DNA from: a virus
Lineage: Duplodnaviria; Caudoviricetes
Reading direction: 5' to 3' (one strand)
IMG/VR virus record: IMGVR_UViG_3300018080_003823
Span: 1,805-65,804 of that record
DNA length: 64,000 nucleotides
Below the pieces are notes generated by a model, which did no database searches, was not told where the DNA came from, and worked only from the letters and a program-made list of their open reading frames with translations. Positions 30,101-38,734 of this stretch are shown one piece after another (the stretch's first letter is position 1; the number at the start of each line of letters is the position of its first letter). Both the position numbers and the translations under genes were made by a program.

Positions 30101-32156
30101 AGCGCCAGCTCCTATGGAAGCCGCTCCTATGGAAACCCCAATAGAAGTTACGGATGTCCCAGAGATGGGTGATGGACATATGGACATAGAGATGGATATT
30201 GAAGGAGATACAGGTTTCGAAGATGATATGGGTCTCGAAGAAGATTTTGGAGATACCGGACTAGAAGACGAAGGTGATTTCCAGACTATACTAATCGATG
30301 GATTGCAAGATTTACTAAATGCTCTGCAAGGAGTAATTGGTGAAGATATGATCGATACTACCAACGACTTCGGTGAAACAGATGATATAGGTGAAGAAAT
30401 CTCCGAAGATGCATTAAACGTCAGCGAACCCGAAGCAGAAGAAGATCTCGATGTCGGTGATGTGGCAGATGTTGATGGCATTGAAGAAACTCCCGAAGAA
30501 GAAATTCCCGGAGTTATGGAAGAAGAAGATTTTGGTAAACATGGAGACGAAGACGAAGAACCTATGAGCAGTCCTATGAAGGAAAAACACATGGAAGCTA
30601 AGCCCATGCCCGAGCAAAGATTGCCACATGCTGCAGAAACAGAAGAAACTGAAGTACATACTGCAGAAACAGAAGAAGAAACTCATACTGCAGAAACAAA
30701 TGATGATTCTTCGCTAATGAAACAGGCAAGTACAACTAATGAATTAGATCGATTGCTATACAGAATGAAGAGTGGAACTATTACTAAATCAGCTACCGCT
30801 CTTGATAATCTAATCGATGGATTAGCAGAAAGTACCCCTTCGTTGTTTAAAGAAGCAGCCAAAACCCAGGGTGATGTCAAAACATTGACTCGTAAAGAAG
30901 CGAAAGAAAGTAAACTTGTCACAACTCCCACACAAGATACTGATGGTATCGGGAAATATAAAGATGGCAAACCTATGGGACACGAAGATAAATTTGATGC
31001 CGATAAACCCGATGTACCTCGCAGTGATGCAACCATCGGCGATGAAGGCAAAGAAGTTAAAGTGAATGATAATGATCGACCAACTGTACCTCATGGGTCA
31101 CCATTAATGGATGGCGAAGAACACTATCCCGCAGAAAAAGGCAATGTCGTTGATGGAAATCAAGGCAGTATGCAAACTTCTGCAAGTACTGACTCAACTA
31201 AAAAAGAAGCAAAATGCACAAAATCTTTAGAAGAAAAAGAGGAAGAAGACACAGAAAAGGATAAGTGTGCAGAATCAGAAACTTCTAATAATATGAAAAC
31301 TGCAAAATATACTGTAAAACCCGGAACTAAGCATTATGACGAATTAGCCACTAGGCTTTCTGAGGGAAAAGACCAAGTTAAACTTGCAGATAATAATGAA
31401 TACACAATGAAACAGGATAACGAAAAAATAATCTATCTTACAGAAGTAGATAATATTACGAAAGAATCACAAACTGTTTCTCCTAAGAGCGTAGAGAAGT
31501 TAGAAGATGATCCAGACATTAATCCGAGCAGTGGACCGGGAGCGGGCAAAACTCATGCAGACGAAGCACATAGTCTTGGGGTAGACGAAAAGAAACCGAG
31601 CGAAGGAATGGACGAACCATCTGTACCCGAAGCTCCAGAAGGTGGACAACTTGCCAGAGAACATACTTACGACAATAAGTTGGAAGGACCTTCGGTGCCA
31701 GCAGGTGGAGGCATGGATGAAAATTATGATCAGAACGAAAAGAATACACCCGAGAAATTAGATCAAGTATTAGGAAAAGAAAACGATATAGCCGCAATGG
31801 CTGAAACGAACAAAGAACGAGCTACGAAAATTGCTGGACAAATGTTGAAGACTCAAACAATTTCGATTGACGAACTACCAAATAAAATTGCAGAATTGTC
31901 AAAAGCAAGCTCTGAAATTTTAGATGATTACGAAAATATGCTCAAAGAAGCATCAACCAAAAAAGGATTGCAAAAATCGGCTAATGTAGGCCCTTCGGAA
32001 ACCTCATTCCAGCTGCAATCCTCCTTCAAGCCCGTTGGCGAAGAAGGAAAAGATACTCCTCTGAAAGATTCACTTCAAGGATTATTTAGACTGGATGAGA
32101 GAAATAAAGATTACGAAAAATTCGCAGCTAAAAAAGATAATAAGCTGTGGCATTAA
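27126..32156 (+). CDS. giant scaffold/core-like protein
   Basis: 1676 aa between the protease and decoration/capsid genes. Acidic, Pro/Ala/Gly repeats, several CxxC pairs and many K-x-A sites. Confidence 0.65.
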   Translation: MLDNDQRQALMEKLRNKVKKASSNISTKVEAQKGDFKVVVASDSIDYFYKTNKVGTMKVAGFDDETIELINADANEAAHEMLETFASTFDTQEFTKEAAQTKEAAHETLDEHTWQMTTQKQLDEQKTALHPRKDEHINNITQKQLPENGKRPGTYEEVTEAQMAQEKTTFYNEPLDASHRVLEDRNIVTEGQLDEGVATYSDEGQTERGEMSAKFDGDLAKQSHMIGEKQLAELLKHHEWTEPLTITEGKDQLPKQDGELGRITAETAKKIVTSALNALGNTIIAAGVTPANLSNIVNKLISHASKYPVLADTLNRYAQSDVTTINEKVANAQYFGLVTNANQNLSDTLIADILVRQLAKIAEDPRHIVKGLISLAQSEDFETKIDEAAKLNITEQTNDNVSSDEDLEVFASVIKGDDQKPKIEGSAKEDGLYQYAGKIDEVKADVSDRDVFVKAASDYAKEVIATNVDTELNLNPLSIDVNEELGTFKIQMKDASFESDSLEARAEKRRELVKEAQFGGGGGMPPAGGDQMGNPMAPPGGGDMGAPPPGEAFSQEPPPMEEMPDEGMGGEPKPPGSICSVCGSEDVDVDNGEFRCNSCGAEGDIHVRLDIKKWPDTIHETEQEEEPGFGLGAEDEQGIGGMEEPAMGGEGEGTTMPNIPIAASVRVTPRLLEKVAEQKIEMGSVCPNCGGHNTDVFKSANTKGKHGICWDCLQEYNYQVKANTKKAHQVYAQFTWIPKTAEKCTTCNRLRTSFVKSLEDYGMKFDEFNSLNSIKEKANIILAMNKAGTLNIKEAMTAPLSINKYAATFKQKFEKFPSASCMERIARRFGENATAMAGPCQGKPLADCVCGQLENLGIYTDGLAAKVAHVMGSEDPMVNSPSETCVKMFINDNYNVKEACTICDGLRAAAATDEELMIEAIAQMSPFAKPAPKPMAAPVDQMKAAPPAKPMAAPVAAPAPMEAPVAAPAAAPAAAPAPMEAPVAAPAAAPAAAPAPMEAAPMETPIEVTDVPEMGDGHMDIEMDIEGDTGFEDDMGLEEDFGDTGLEDEGDFQTILIDGLQDLLNALQGVIGEDMIDTTNDFGETDDIGEEISEDALNVSEPEAEEDLDVGDVADVDGIEETPEEEIPGVMEEEDFGKHGDEDEEPMSSPMKEKHMEAKPMPEQRLPHAAETEETEVHTAETEEETHTAETNDDSSLMKQASTTNELDRLLYRMKSGTITKSATALDNLIDGLAESTPSLFKEAAKTQGDVKTLTRKEAKESKLVTTPTQDTDGIGKYKDGKPMGHEDKFDADKPDVPRSDATIGDEGKEVKVNDNDRPTVPHGSPLMDGEEHYPAEKGNVVDGNQGSMQTSASTDSTKKEAKCTKSLEEKEEEDTEKDKCAESETSNNMKTAKYTVKPGTKHYDELATRLSEGKDQVKLADNNEYTMKQDNEKIIYLTEVDNITKESQTVSPKSVEKLEDDPDINPSSGPGAGKTHADEAHSLGVDEKKPSEGMDEPSVPEAPEGGQLAREHTYDNKLEGPSVPAGGGMDENYDQNEKNTPEKLDQVLGKENDIAAMAETNKERATKIAGQMLKTQTISIDELPNKIAELSKASSEILDDYENMLKEASTKKGLQKSANVGPSETSFQLQSSFKPVGEEGKDTPLKDSLQGLFRLDERNKDYEKFAAKKDNKLWH
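30000..30121 (+). repeat. 54-bp tandem repeat (x2 plus partial) encoding APMEAPVAAPAAAPAAAP
   Basis: Identical units start at 30000, 30054 and (partial) 30108. Confidence 0.9.
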
Positions 32157-32181
32157 AAATCTAAATTAAGGAGATTTAAAT

Positions 32182-32856
32182 ATGGCTCTTATAGAAGTTT
32201 TTCATGTTGTGGCGAGCCAGTTCCCAATCGATACTAGCAGCGCAACCATCATTCCACAAGGTCGCCTTGTGACTTTGGATGGTAATGGGCAAGTGCAGCT
32301 ATGCCCAGACGCAGATGGCGTAACTGGACCTTATCCTGTAGGAATCGCTGGTGACTCGCATTCAACTGGTACTACTAGTTATACACCGGAATCTGGTGCT
32401 CCACTTAGTAGAGACCCGGTAACTTCGTTGACAGGATCACTAATTGTTGGATCGTATGGTACTTCACAGCGATTTACTCAGAACCGATCTGCTGATAATT
32501 ATGACGAAGTTCTTGCTAGCGGCAAGATGACGGTTTATCATAGTGGTGGAGAATTCTGGACTGACCAGTATGAAGTTACTAACTCGGCGAGTGATGCTAC
32601 TGTATTTACACCTGGATTCACTCTGTGGTCATCTTCGGTTGCTGCTAACATAGGCATGTTCACAGACGAAGAATGTGCAGATGCTACGCAGCTTAATGAT
32701 GCATCACATCGAGCTGGTATTACATTGACTTCTCCAACTGCATATCCAAGTGGTGTACCAGGAACTGGTACAAATGCAGTAGGTTTCTCGGCACTACCAG
32801 AAGGTGGAAACTCGATAGCATGGGGTACGTTCCTGCATGTTAAATTGACTGTCTAA
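32182..32856 (+). CDS. head decoration/capsid-stabilising protein (putative)
   Basis: Immediately upstream of the MCP with an AAGGAG RBS; ASGKMTVY..GGEFWTDQY. Confidence 0.6.
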   Translation: MALIEVFHVVASQFPIDTSSATIIPQGRLVTLDGNGQVQLCPDADGVTGPYPVGIAGDSHSTGTTSYTPESGAPLSRDPVTSLTGSLIVGSYGTSQRFTQNRSADNYDEVLASGKMTVYHSGGEFWTDQYEVTNSASDATVFTPGFTLWSSSVAANIGMFTDEECADATQLNDASHRAGITLTSPTAYPSGVPGTGTNAVGFSALPEGGNSIAWGTFLHVKLTV

Positions 32857-32906
32857 TTTAATTAAGCCAACTTACCTATGGTTTTTGGCTATTAAGGAGA
32901 ATATAA

Positions 32907-33003
32907 ATGATTGATAAGAATAGTCTTACGTCCGAACAAAAAGAGGCTGTGATCGCACAGGCACTCAATACAGACGAAGGTCGAACGGCTTTGGCCCAAG
33001 CGA
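32907..33003 (+). CDS. major capsid protein, exon 1 (not in ORF track)
   Basis: AAGGAG RBS at 32894; encodes MIDKNSLTSEQKEAVIAQALNTDEGRTALAQA+A and joins in frame to exon 2 (97+773 nt = 289 aa + stop). Confidence 0.85.
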
Positions 33004-34172
33004 AGGATTAACACCATCGCCACTGTGTATAATTCACAGTGAAAAAAAATGCTATATGCAGGAAAGTCCTGACACTTTCAACACACTAACAAGGTAACAG
33101 ATGTTGATAGAACGGATAACCCGCAGGAAACCGAGAAAGTTAATATATGCTAAATGTTAAATGGTTGGCTGGTTTTTTTGATGCCGAAGGATCGGTTAGT
33201 TTTAACTATAAACCAAATATTGATTTGGTAAATACATCAGCTGCAACGATGTTTCAAATCAAAGATTTGATGAATAAGTTAAATATCGATTTAAATATGA
33301 ATTTTAGAGAAAAACCCTCAAAAAGCAGCAAAAAACCACGATGGGATATTTTTTTAAGACATGAATATCAAATTATTCCATTTATTAAACATATTGGACC
33401 ATATGTATTTGGGAAGCAATTTCAATTACAAATGATTAAAGATTGGTACAATAAACCTTTTGATGGAATAAAAGAAAAGATACAATTTACTAACCAGGTA
33501 AATAATAAGATTATATCTAATTCAACAAAAGTAATGGAAAAATTAGGTGTCACAAAACTTGAAATATATGATGATATACCAGTATTAACTGATGAAGATT
33601 CATATATAACAACTAACACATTCAATGATATAGAATATTTTGCAGGGCTGTTGGATGGTGAAGGTACTATAAATATTCATTATAGAGCTTCATCAGGGAC
33701 TTCACTAGGAAGATACACTCCACAAATCCTGTTTAATAATACAGATAAGATTATTATAAAATGCTATTGTTCTACTCTAGTAAATAACAATATTCCATAT
33801 CATATATCATTTAGACAAGCTGGTACTACATCAAATCGTAGAAGATGGGATGTTATGGTTTCAGGTGTTAAACGGTGTGAAAGATTGTCCAGCTTGTTAG
33901 TAAACCATTTAGAAACTAAGAGAGAACAATGCAATCTCTTATTACAGTATTGTAAACACCGTTTACTTTCTCCTAAATCTATTAACGAATTAGGAAAAGA
34001 AACTAAAACGGCGTTACAACAAATGAGAAAAGGTATATATTAATTTGGGATCCTCAACGACTATATGCGTTTCATCCTTTCGTAGGATGGTGAGATAGTC
34101 TGAACTGTATGGTAACATGCAGAGACAAGCAGAAATGACTTGTCCCACTCATAAGAGTGAGTAACAAAATTG
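33004..34172 (+). ncRNA. group I self-splicing intron in the major capsid gene
   Basis: P element ATATGCAGGAAA, Q element AACCCGCAGG, R element TCAACGACTA (34054), S element GAGATAGTC (34092), P3 AAATGC/GCGTTT, P8 CATCCT..AGGATG, P9 hairpins and terminal G at 34172. IGS ACCATCGC (33013-33020) is complementary to the ligated exon junction. Confidence 0.9.
33147..34043 (+). CDS. intron-encoded double-motif LAGLIDADG homing endonuclease
   Basis: WLAGFFDAEGS and YFAGLLDGEGT; located between the Q and R elements of the intron. Confidence 0.92.
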   Translation: MLNVKWLAGFFDAEGSVSFNYKPNIDLVNTSAATMFQIKDLMNKLNIDLNMNFREKPSKSSKKPRWDIFLRHEYQIIPFIKHIGPYVFGKQFQLQMIKDWYNKPFDGIKEKIQFTNQVNNKIISNSTKVMEKLGVTKLEIYDDIPVLTDEDSYITTNTFNDIEYFAGLLDGEGTINIHYRASSGTSLGRYTPQILFNNTDKIIIKCYCSTLVNNNIPYHISFRQAGTTSNRRRWDVMVSGVKRCERLSSLLVNHLETKREQCNLLLQYCKHRLLSPKSINELGKETKTALQQMRKGIY

Positions 34173-34945
34173 TGGTAGAACCAATTCGTCGTTCATTGGA
34201 ATATCAGGCAGTTGGTCGTAAACTGCTGTTGGTGGATGAACTTCCACAGGGAGCATTGGCACGCTACGAGAGAGATGTCTCGGCTATTGCTCATATTATA
34301 GCTCGTCGAGGAGCTGTCCCTGATCAGATTCAGGAAGGTGAAGAAATTCTTGTCCCGACTTTCGAAATTGCAGCGAACCCGCAGGTTCGTCTTTCCGAGA
34401 TTAAAGCTCGTCGATTCTATATCGTAGACCGGGCTCAAATCAAGGCTAAAGAAGCCATTCAGAAGGAAGAAGATTCGAATATCTTCAGTGCTCTTATTGC
34501 AGCTGCTGACACACGTAATGATCAGATCGTCACCAACGTCGGTTCATTGTCGCCAGCTTCATTGAATACTGCTTTCCGTTTCATTGAGCAACACGACTTG
34601 GTAGCAACCAAGATTATCGTTCATGCTAATCAGTATGCTTCGATTCGTGTATTCGGTAAGGATTTCTACGATGAAGCAACCACTCGCGAGATTTTGACCA
34701 GTGGTTTGTTTGGTCACGTGTGGACTGCAGACATTCACGTTTCGTCACGAATGGATGCAGATACAGTTATGGTTGTGGCAAGCCCTGACACTGTTGGCGC
34801 TTTCCCGATTCGCCAAGACATCACAGTTCTCCCCGCTGATGATCCTAAGAAATTACGACTCGGCTGGGTCATCTATGAGGAGGTTGGCATCGTTGTCGTA
34901 AACGATTACGCTTTGGCGAAGATTGAGGTAACTAGCGGAACGTAA
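34173..34945 (+). CDS. major capsid protein, exon 2 (HK97-fold, putative)
   Basis: (M)VEPIRRSLEYQAVGRKLLLVDELPQGALARYERD...LGWVIYEEVG. Highly biased codon usage, position in the head module and a strong terminator downstream. Confidence 0.88.
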
Positions 34946-34985
34946 GCCTTTGTGATACAAGGACTTATAGTTTTATAGTTTTACG

Positions 34986-35014
34986 AGAGCAGGCAGAAAT
35001 GCCTGCTCTTTTTT
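34986..35014 (+). terminator. intrinsic terminator after the capsid gene
   Basis: AGAGCAGGCA-GAAA-TGCCTGCTCT followed by a T-run. Confidence 0.9.
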
Positions 35015-35330
35015 GTTTAACCTATTCGTACATTATGTTCTGTTTTCTTTAGTTTGCAGATTTGTATATACATGTTTAAATTTTTGTATATACATTCACT
35101 TGGGCTTATCTGATATTTGTATATACGATTTACAAGACAGCACATTATATTATCTATCATAAGTTTGTGTTTTGTGTAACTGTAATTATATTTTGAACTA
35201 TACTTGCATCTAAACCTCAAAAATGTATATACAAATATTTTTGATTTAGTCGAGAAAATTATTTGACTTATAAATCATTAAATATTAAGTATATACAGGA
35301 TACTCGGAGCAAATTCATGTATAATGAAAC

Positions 35331-35999
35331 ATGAATACTATAGATCAATTTTATTTATTAGGTGCTTATTGGGGTGATGGTCATGTTTATTATATAAAGG
35401 GCAAACATGGAAGTTCATATCAATTTAGCATAGTTTCTGAAGATGAAGATTTTTGTCAATTATGTTCAAATATAGTTTATAATTATATTCATAAACCTGG
35501 AACTGTTAAATTAGTTAATAATTATTATAAATTAATTGTTTGCAGTAAAAATTTATGTGATTCCATTTTGAATCATACTTGTTCTGTAACAAATTATTAT
35601 TCTGCTGATAGATATCAAAAGAAATCGCGATTACCTCACTTCCCTAGTTTAGAACATAAAAAATCATTTATTCGAGGGTTAATGGATTCGGATGGGTGGA
35701 TTTCTAAAAGAAAAAATGGGAAGTACACAAAATACGAAGTGGGTTTTAAAAATAGCTCTGTTTTAAGTTCGGAAATTTACAAATTAATGATAGAGATTGG
35801 ACTATCCTGTGGTCAACTCTCTTTCAGAGAAGGAACCGTCAGTGTGCGTAATGGTAAGAAGTACAATAAAAGTAAAGAACAGTGGTTTTGGACAATTACT
35901 CCGTTGAATTATATTACCACTGTTGGTTTTAGTATAAAACGAAAAAATCTTTTATGTAAAGAGTTTTTAAAAGACCGGAAATATACATCACAGTTTTGA
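35331..35999 (+). CDS. free-standing LAGLIDADG (intein-type) endonuclease
   Basis: YLLGAYWGDGH and FIRGLMDSDGW. Confidence 0.85.
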   Translation: MNTIDQFYLLGAYWGDGHVYYIKGKHGSSYQFSIVSEDEDFCQLCSNIVYNYIHKPGTVKLVNNYYKLIVCSKNLCDSILNHTCSVTNYYSADRYQKKSRLPHFPSLEHKKSFIRGLMDSDGWISKRKNGKYTKYEVGFKNSSVLSSEIYKLMIEIGLSCGQLSFREGTVSVRNGKKYNKSKEQWFWTITPLNYITTVGFSIKRKNLLCKEFLKDRKYTSQF

Positions 36000-36008
36000 A
36001 AGATTAGA

Positions 36009-36552
36009 TACACATGACTACTAGAAAAATATTCAATTTTGAATCTGTAACACTAAACTTTATAAGGAGTATTTGAACATGAGCATGACATGTCCTAATT
36101 GTGGAGTTGTTGATCCACATCAAAAAACTGGAACACCACAACATAATGCACATACTGAAGCTTGTCTAAATGGAGAAATTATCGGTCAATCGGAATATTT
36201 CCGAAATGCTCCACAACAAGATCAAGAAAAAATCGTTAATCTTCTCAATCGTTTAGCTGCGGGTGAGGATGTTGGTTCGGAATATCAACAGCTTTTACTC
36301 AAGATGGACAGTGATTACAAGATAGCCCAAAGAGGTGATCGTACTATTAATTGGTCTCAAGAGATGGATGTGGCTCTTGTTAAGTCTTTTATGGGTGATA
36401 TGCATAATTTTTTTGTGTTTTGTAGAACGTATAACATTTGGACGGATGAAGCATTTGCTCGATATGATTTATTGAAGAAGTCTGAGGATTTTGATAAGTT
36501 AAGTACACATGGCTACTAGAAAAATATTCAATTTTGAATCTGTAATATTAAA
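36009..36552 (+). repeat. 49-bp direct repeat (36009-36057 / 36504-36552) flanking a small ORF
   Basis: tacacatg(a/g)ctactagaaaaatattcaattttgaatctgtaa(c/t)a(c/t)taaa with 3 mismatches. Confidence 0.9.
36079..36519 (+). CDS. hypothetical protein with N-terminal CxxC
   Basis: AAGGAG RBS at 36064; CPNC motif. Confidence 0.6.
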   Translation: MSMTCPNCGVVDPHQKTGTPQHNAHTEACLNGEIIGQSEYFRNAPQQDQEKIVNLLNRLAAGEDVGSEYQQLLLKMDSDYKIAQRGDRTINWSQEMDVALVKSFMGDMHNFFVFCRTYNIWTDEAFARYDLLKKSEDFDKLSTHGY

Positions 36553-38236
36553 TGAACTTACTTTAGAAAAAGAAGGATATCATCCCGATAAATATGGTAC
36601 TTCTTCTGCTAAATTTGTATGGGCTAGTTGTAGATTTTGTGGAGAGCCTTCTCGTATTCGTAAAGGATTCTTCAATAAAGCTGGATCTGCTTGTCACAAA
36701 GAATGTAGATTAAAAGAGCAGAGTTTGGCTGGGTCTCCGTTTAAAGATCCTGCAGTACGTGATAAATCAAAGAAGACGAATAAGGAGCGATATGGAGCTG
36801 AACATGCTTGTCAGAGCAAGGAAATAGCTCAGCGCATATCAGCAGTTAGAAGTACTCAGTGTAATAAAGATAAAATTAAGTCTACTAATTTGGAAAAATA
36901 TGGAGTTGAGAATCCGTTTCAATCTGAAGAAATCAAAGCAAAGACACGTGAAACCAATTTAGAGAAATATGGATGTGATCATGCTATACAAAATGCCGAA
37001 GTTCAACAGAAAGCTCAACAAACTAATCAGGATCGTTATGGTGTAAACAATCCTATGCAATCTGCAGATATTCGTAACAAGGCAGAACAAACCAATTTAG
37101 ACAGATATGGTGTTGGCAATGTTATGCAAGACTCTGCTATAAAAGCATATTCTCAGCAAAAGTTTATGAATGCAGTAGAAATAGATTCTACAGGTCATTA
37201 TAAGTTAATTAATACATTAAGAGATAATTCATTTTGGGATAGAATGAAACAATGTAATTCAACTTTAAAAGAATTATGTGATGAATTTGATATTGATTAT
37301 CAAAGTACCACCAGTCGTCTTTTGCATGATGAATTTAGAGATAAATATTATAAGCATTATTCATTTCCTCGACAACAACAGCAGAAACAGATTAAGATTT
37401 TAGTGGAAAATTTTGGATTAAAAGTGGTATTTAATACTCGAAAAATTATTTCTCCTTTAGAATTAGATTTATATATTCCCGCGAAATCTTTTGCTATTGA
37501 ATTTAATGGTAATTATTGGCATTCTGAAGCTTGTTTAGACAAAAAGGCTCGTAATAAGCATCGTCATAAAACAGATCTTTGTAGAGAAAAGGGCATTCGG
37601 TTATTTCATATTTTTGAGCATCAATGGGAAACTCGTAAATCTCAATTATTAAATTTTATTAGGACTATCGTTGGTGCTAATGAGATTAAAATAGCAGCTC
37701 GAAAATGTCAAATTACTCATGATGTTTGTAAAGATTTTTTAAACAGTAATCACATTCAGGGTTATGGTCAAGGAACAATTAAATATTTCAATTTAGTTTA
37801 TAATGATGAAATAGTAGCAACTATGACAGCCTCTAAGCATCATCGTCAGAATAGTTCTAATGGGTCTATAGTTTTGAACAGATTATGTTTTAAAGACAAT
37901 ATTACAGTTCAGGGTGGAGCTAGTAAATTATTCAAGAGTATGGTTGCTTGGGCTAAGGATGAATTGTATACTGATATAGTATCATGGTCGGACAATTGCT
38001 GGACTGAGGGTGCTATTTATAGAACATTAGGATTTGATTTAGTTCAGGAATATGGTCCTGATTATTTTTATTGGGATTTAAAAAAGCATCGATATTACAG
38101 TAAACAGAGTCAACAGAAGAAAAAAACGGGTTGTCCTGAGGGGATGACAGAGCGTGAGTGGTGTATTGAGCGTGGATTGAGTAGAATTTGGAATTGTGGG
38201 AAGAAGTTATGGAAATTCCCACTTCTTCGTGTATGA
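36509..38236 (+). CDS. homing-endonuclease-like protein (TNL.KYG repeats plus Vsr/PD-(D/E)xK domain and GNAT-like C-terminus)
   Basis: Five-fold TN(K/L/Q).(K/R)YG..N repeats; ELDLYIP..FAIEFNGNYWHS; RLCF...GGASKLF...SWSD. Confidence 0.75.
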   Translation: MATRKIFNFESVILNELTLEKEGYHPDKYGTSSAKFVWASCRFCGEPSRIRKGFFNKAGSACHKECRLKEQSLAGSPFKDPAVRDKSKKTNKERYGAEHACQSKEIAQRISAVRSTQCNKDKIKSTNLEKYGVENPFQSEEIKAKTRETNLEKYGCDHAIQNAEVQQKAQQTNQDRYGVNNPMQSADIRNKAEQTNLDRYGVGNVMQDSAIKAYSQQKFMNAVEIDSTGHYKLINTLRDNSFWDRMKQCNSTLKELCDEFDIDYQSTTSRLLHDEFRDKYYKHYSFPRQQQQKQIKILVENFGLKVVFNTRKIISPLELDLYIPAKSFAIEFNGNYWHSEACLDKKARNKHRHKTDLCREKGIRLFHIFEHQWETRKSQLLNFIRTIVGANEIKIAARKCQITHDVCKDFLNSNHIQGYGQGTIKYFNLVYNDEIVATMTASKHHRQNSSNGSIVLNRLCFKDNITVQGGASKLFKSMVAWAKDELYTDIVSWSDNCWTEGAIYRTLGFDLVQEYGPDYFYWDLKKHRYYSKQSQQKKKTGCPEGMTEREWCIERGLSRIWNCGKKLWKFPLLRV

Positions 38237-38479
38237 TGTAGGAGTTTATAGTATGTGTATGTTTATGACTGTTAAGACTAAGGTGAAAGGTCCATGGTGT
38301 AGTGACAATATAAAATCTCGGAAGAAGTTTTATTGTGATTATTGTCGTAAGTGGAAATCAGGTGGGACAATTTATCGTTGGGTGGATGGGTTGCGTTCAT
38401 GTATTTTGTGTAATATAGATTAGTAATAGGTTTAGGTGGTTTTTATTTCCGCGAAAAATTATTCATATAGGAGACATGA

Positions 38480-38734
38480 ATGTTAACCAGATTTTTTGAG
38501 AAGAGGTCAGACGACGATCCTATAACTAGCACTAATTTACTTTCTACTGTTAAGGATGAGTCAGTAATATTGCAAGAAGGTTTAGAGATTGTCATAGATA
38601 ACAAGCGGTGTTCTTATGTTCGGTTTAAAATTGTAAAAGTACAGTTATTTGTTATGCGGACAGAACATGTTGACAAATTACGACAAGAAGTTTTTGTGAA
38701 GCGGATCTTTAAGGAAGAAAGCAATGAAGAATAG
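38480..38734 (+). CDS. hypothetical protein
   Basis: AGGAG RBS; 84 aa. Confidence 0.55.
   Translation: MLTRFFEKRSDDDPITSTNLLSTVKDESVILQEGLEIVIDNKRCSYVRFKIVKVQLFVMRTEHVDKLRQEVFVKRIFKEESNEE

Noticed and set aside
29871-31797. Minus-strand ORFs opposite the scaffold (likewise 6212, 9275, 20919, 53327, 60528, 60861)
   Set aside because: Shadow ORFs of biased plus-strand genes, with no RBS or recognisable motifs.
34157-34172. ORF-track GTG start of the capsid gene (MSNKIV...)
   Set aside because: It lies within the intron 3' end (P9 region). The real start is ATG 32907, with an RBS.
1-35014. Archaeal virus or cellular chromosome origin
   Set aside because: Sigma70-type -35/-10 promoters, hairpin-U terminators, bacterial-type MetK and a contiguous terminase-portal-protease-capsid module indicate a bacteriophage.
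35017-35220. 67-aa minus-strand ORF after the capsid gene
   Set aside because: TTG start, low-complexity AT-rich sequence and no RBS; the region is better explained as non-coding.
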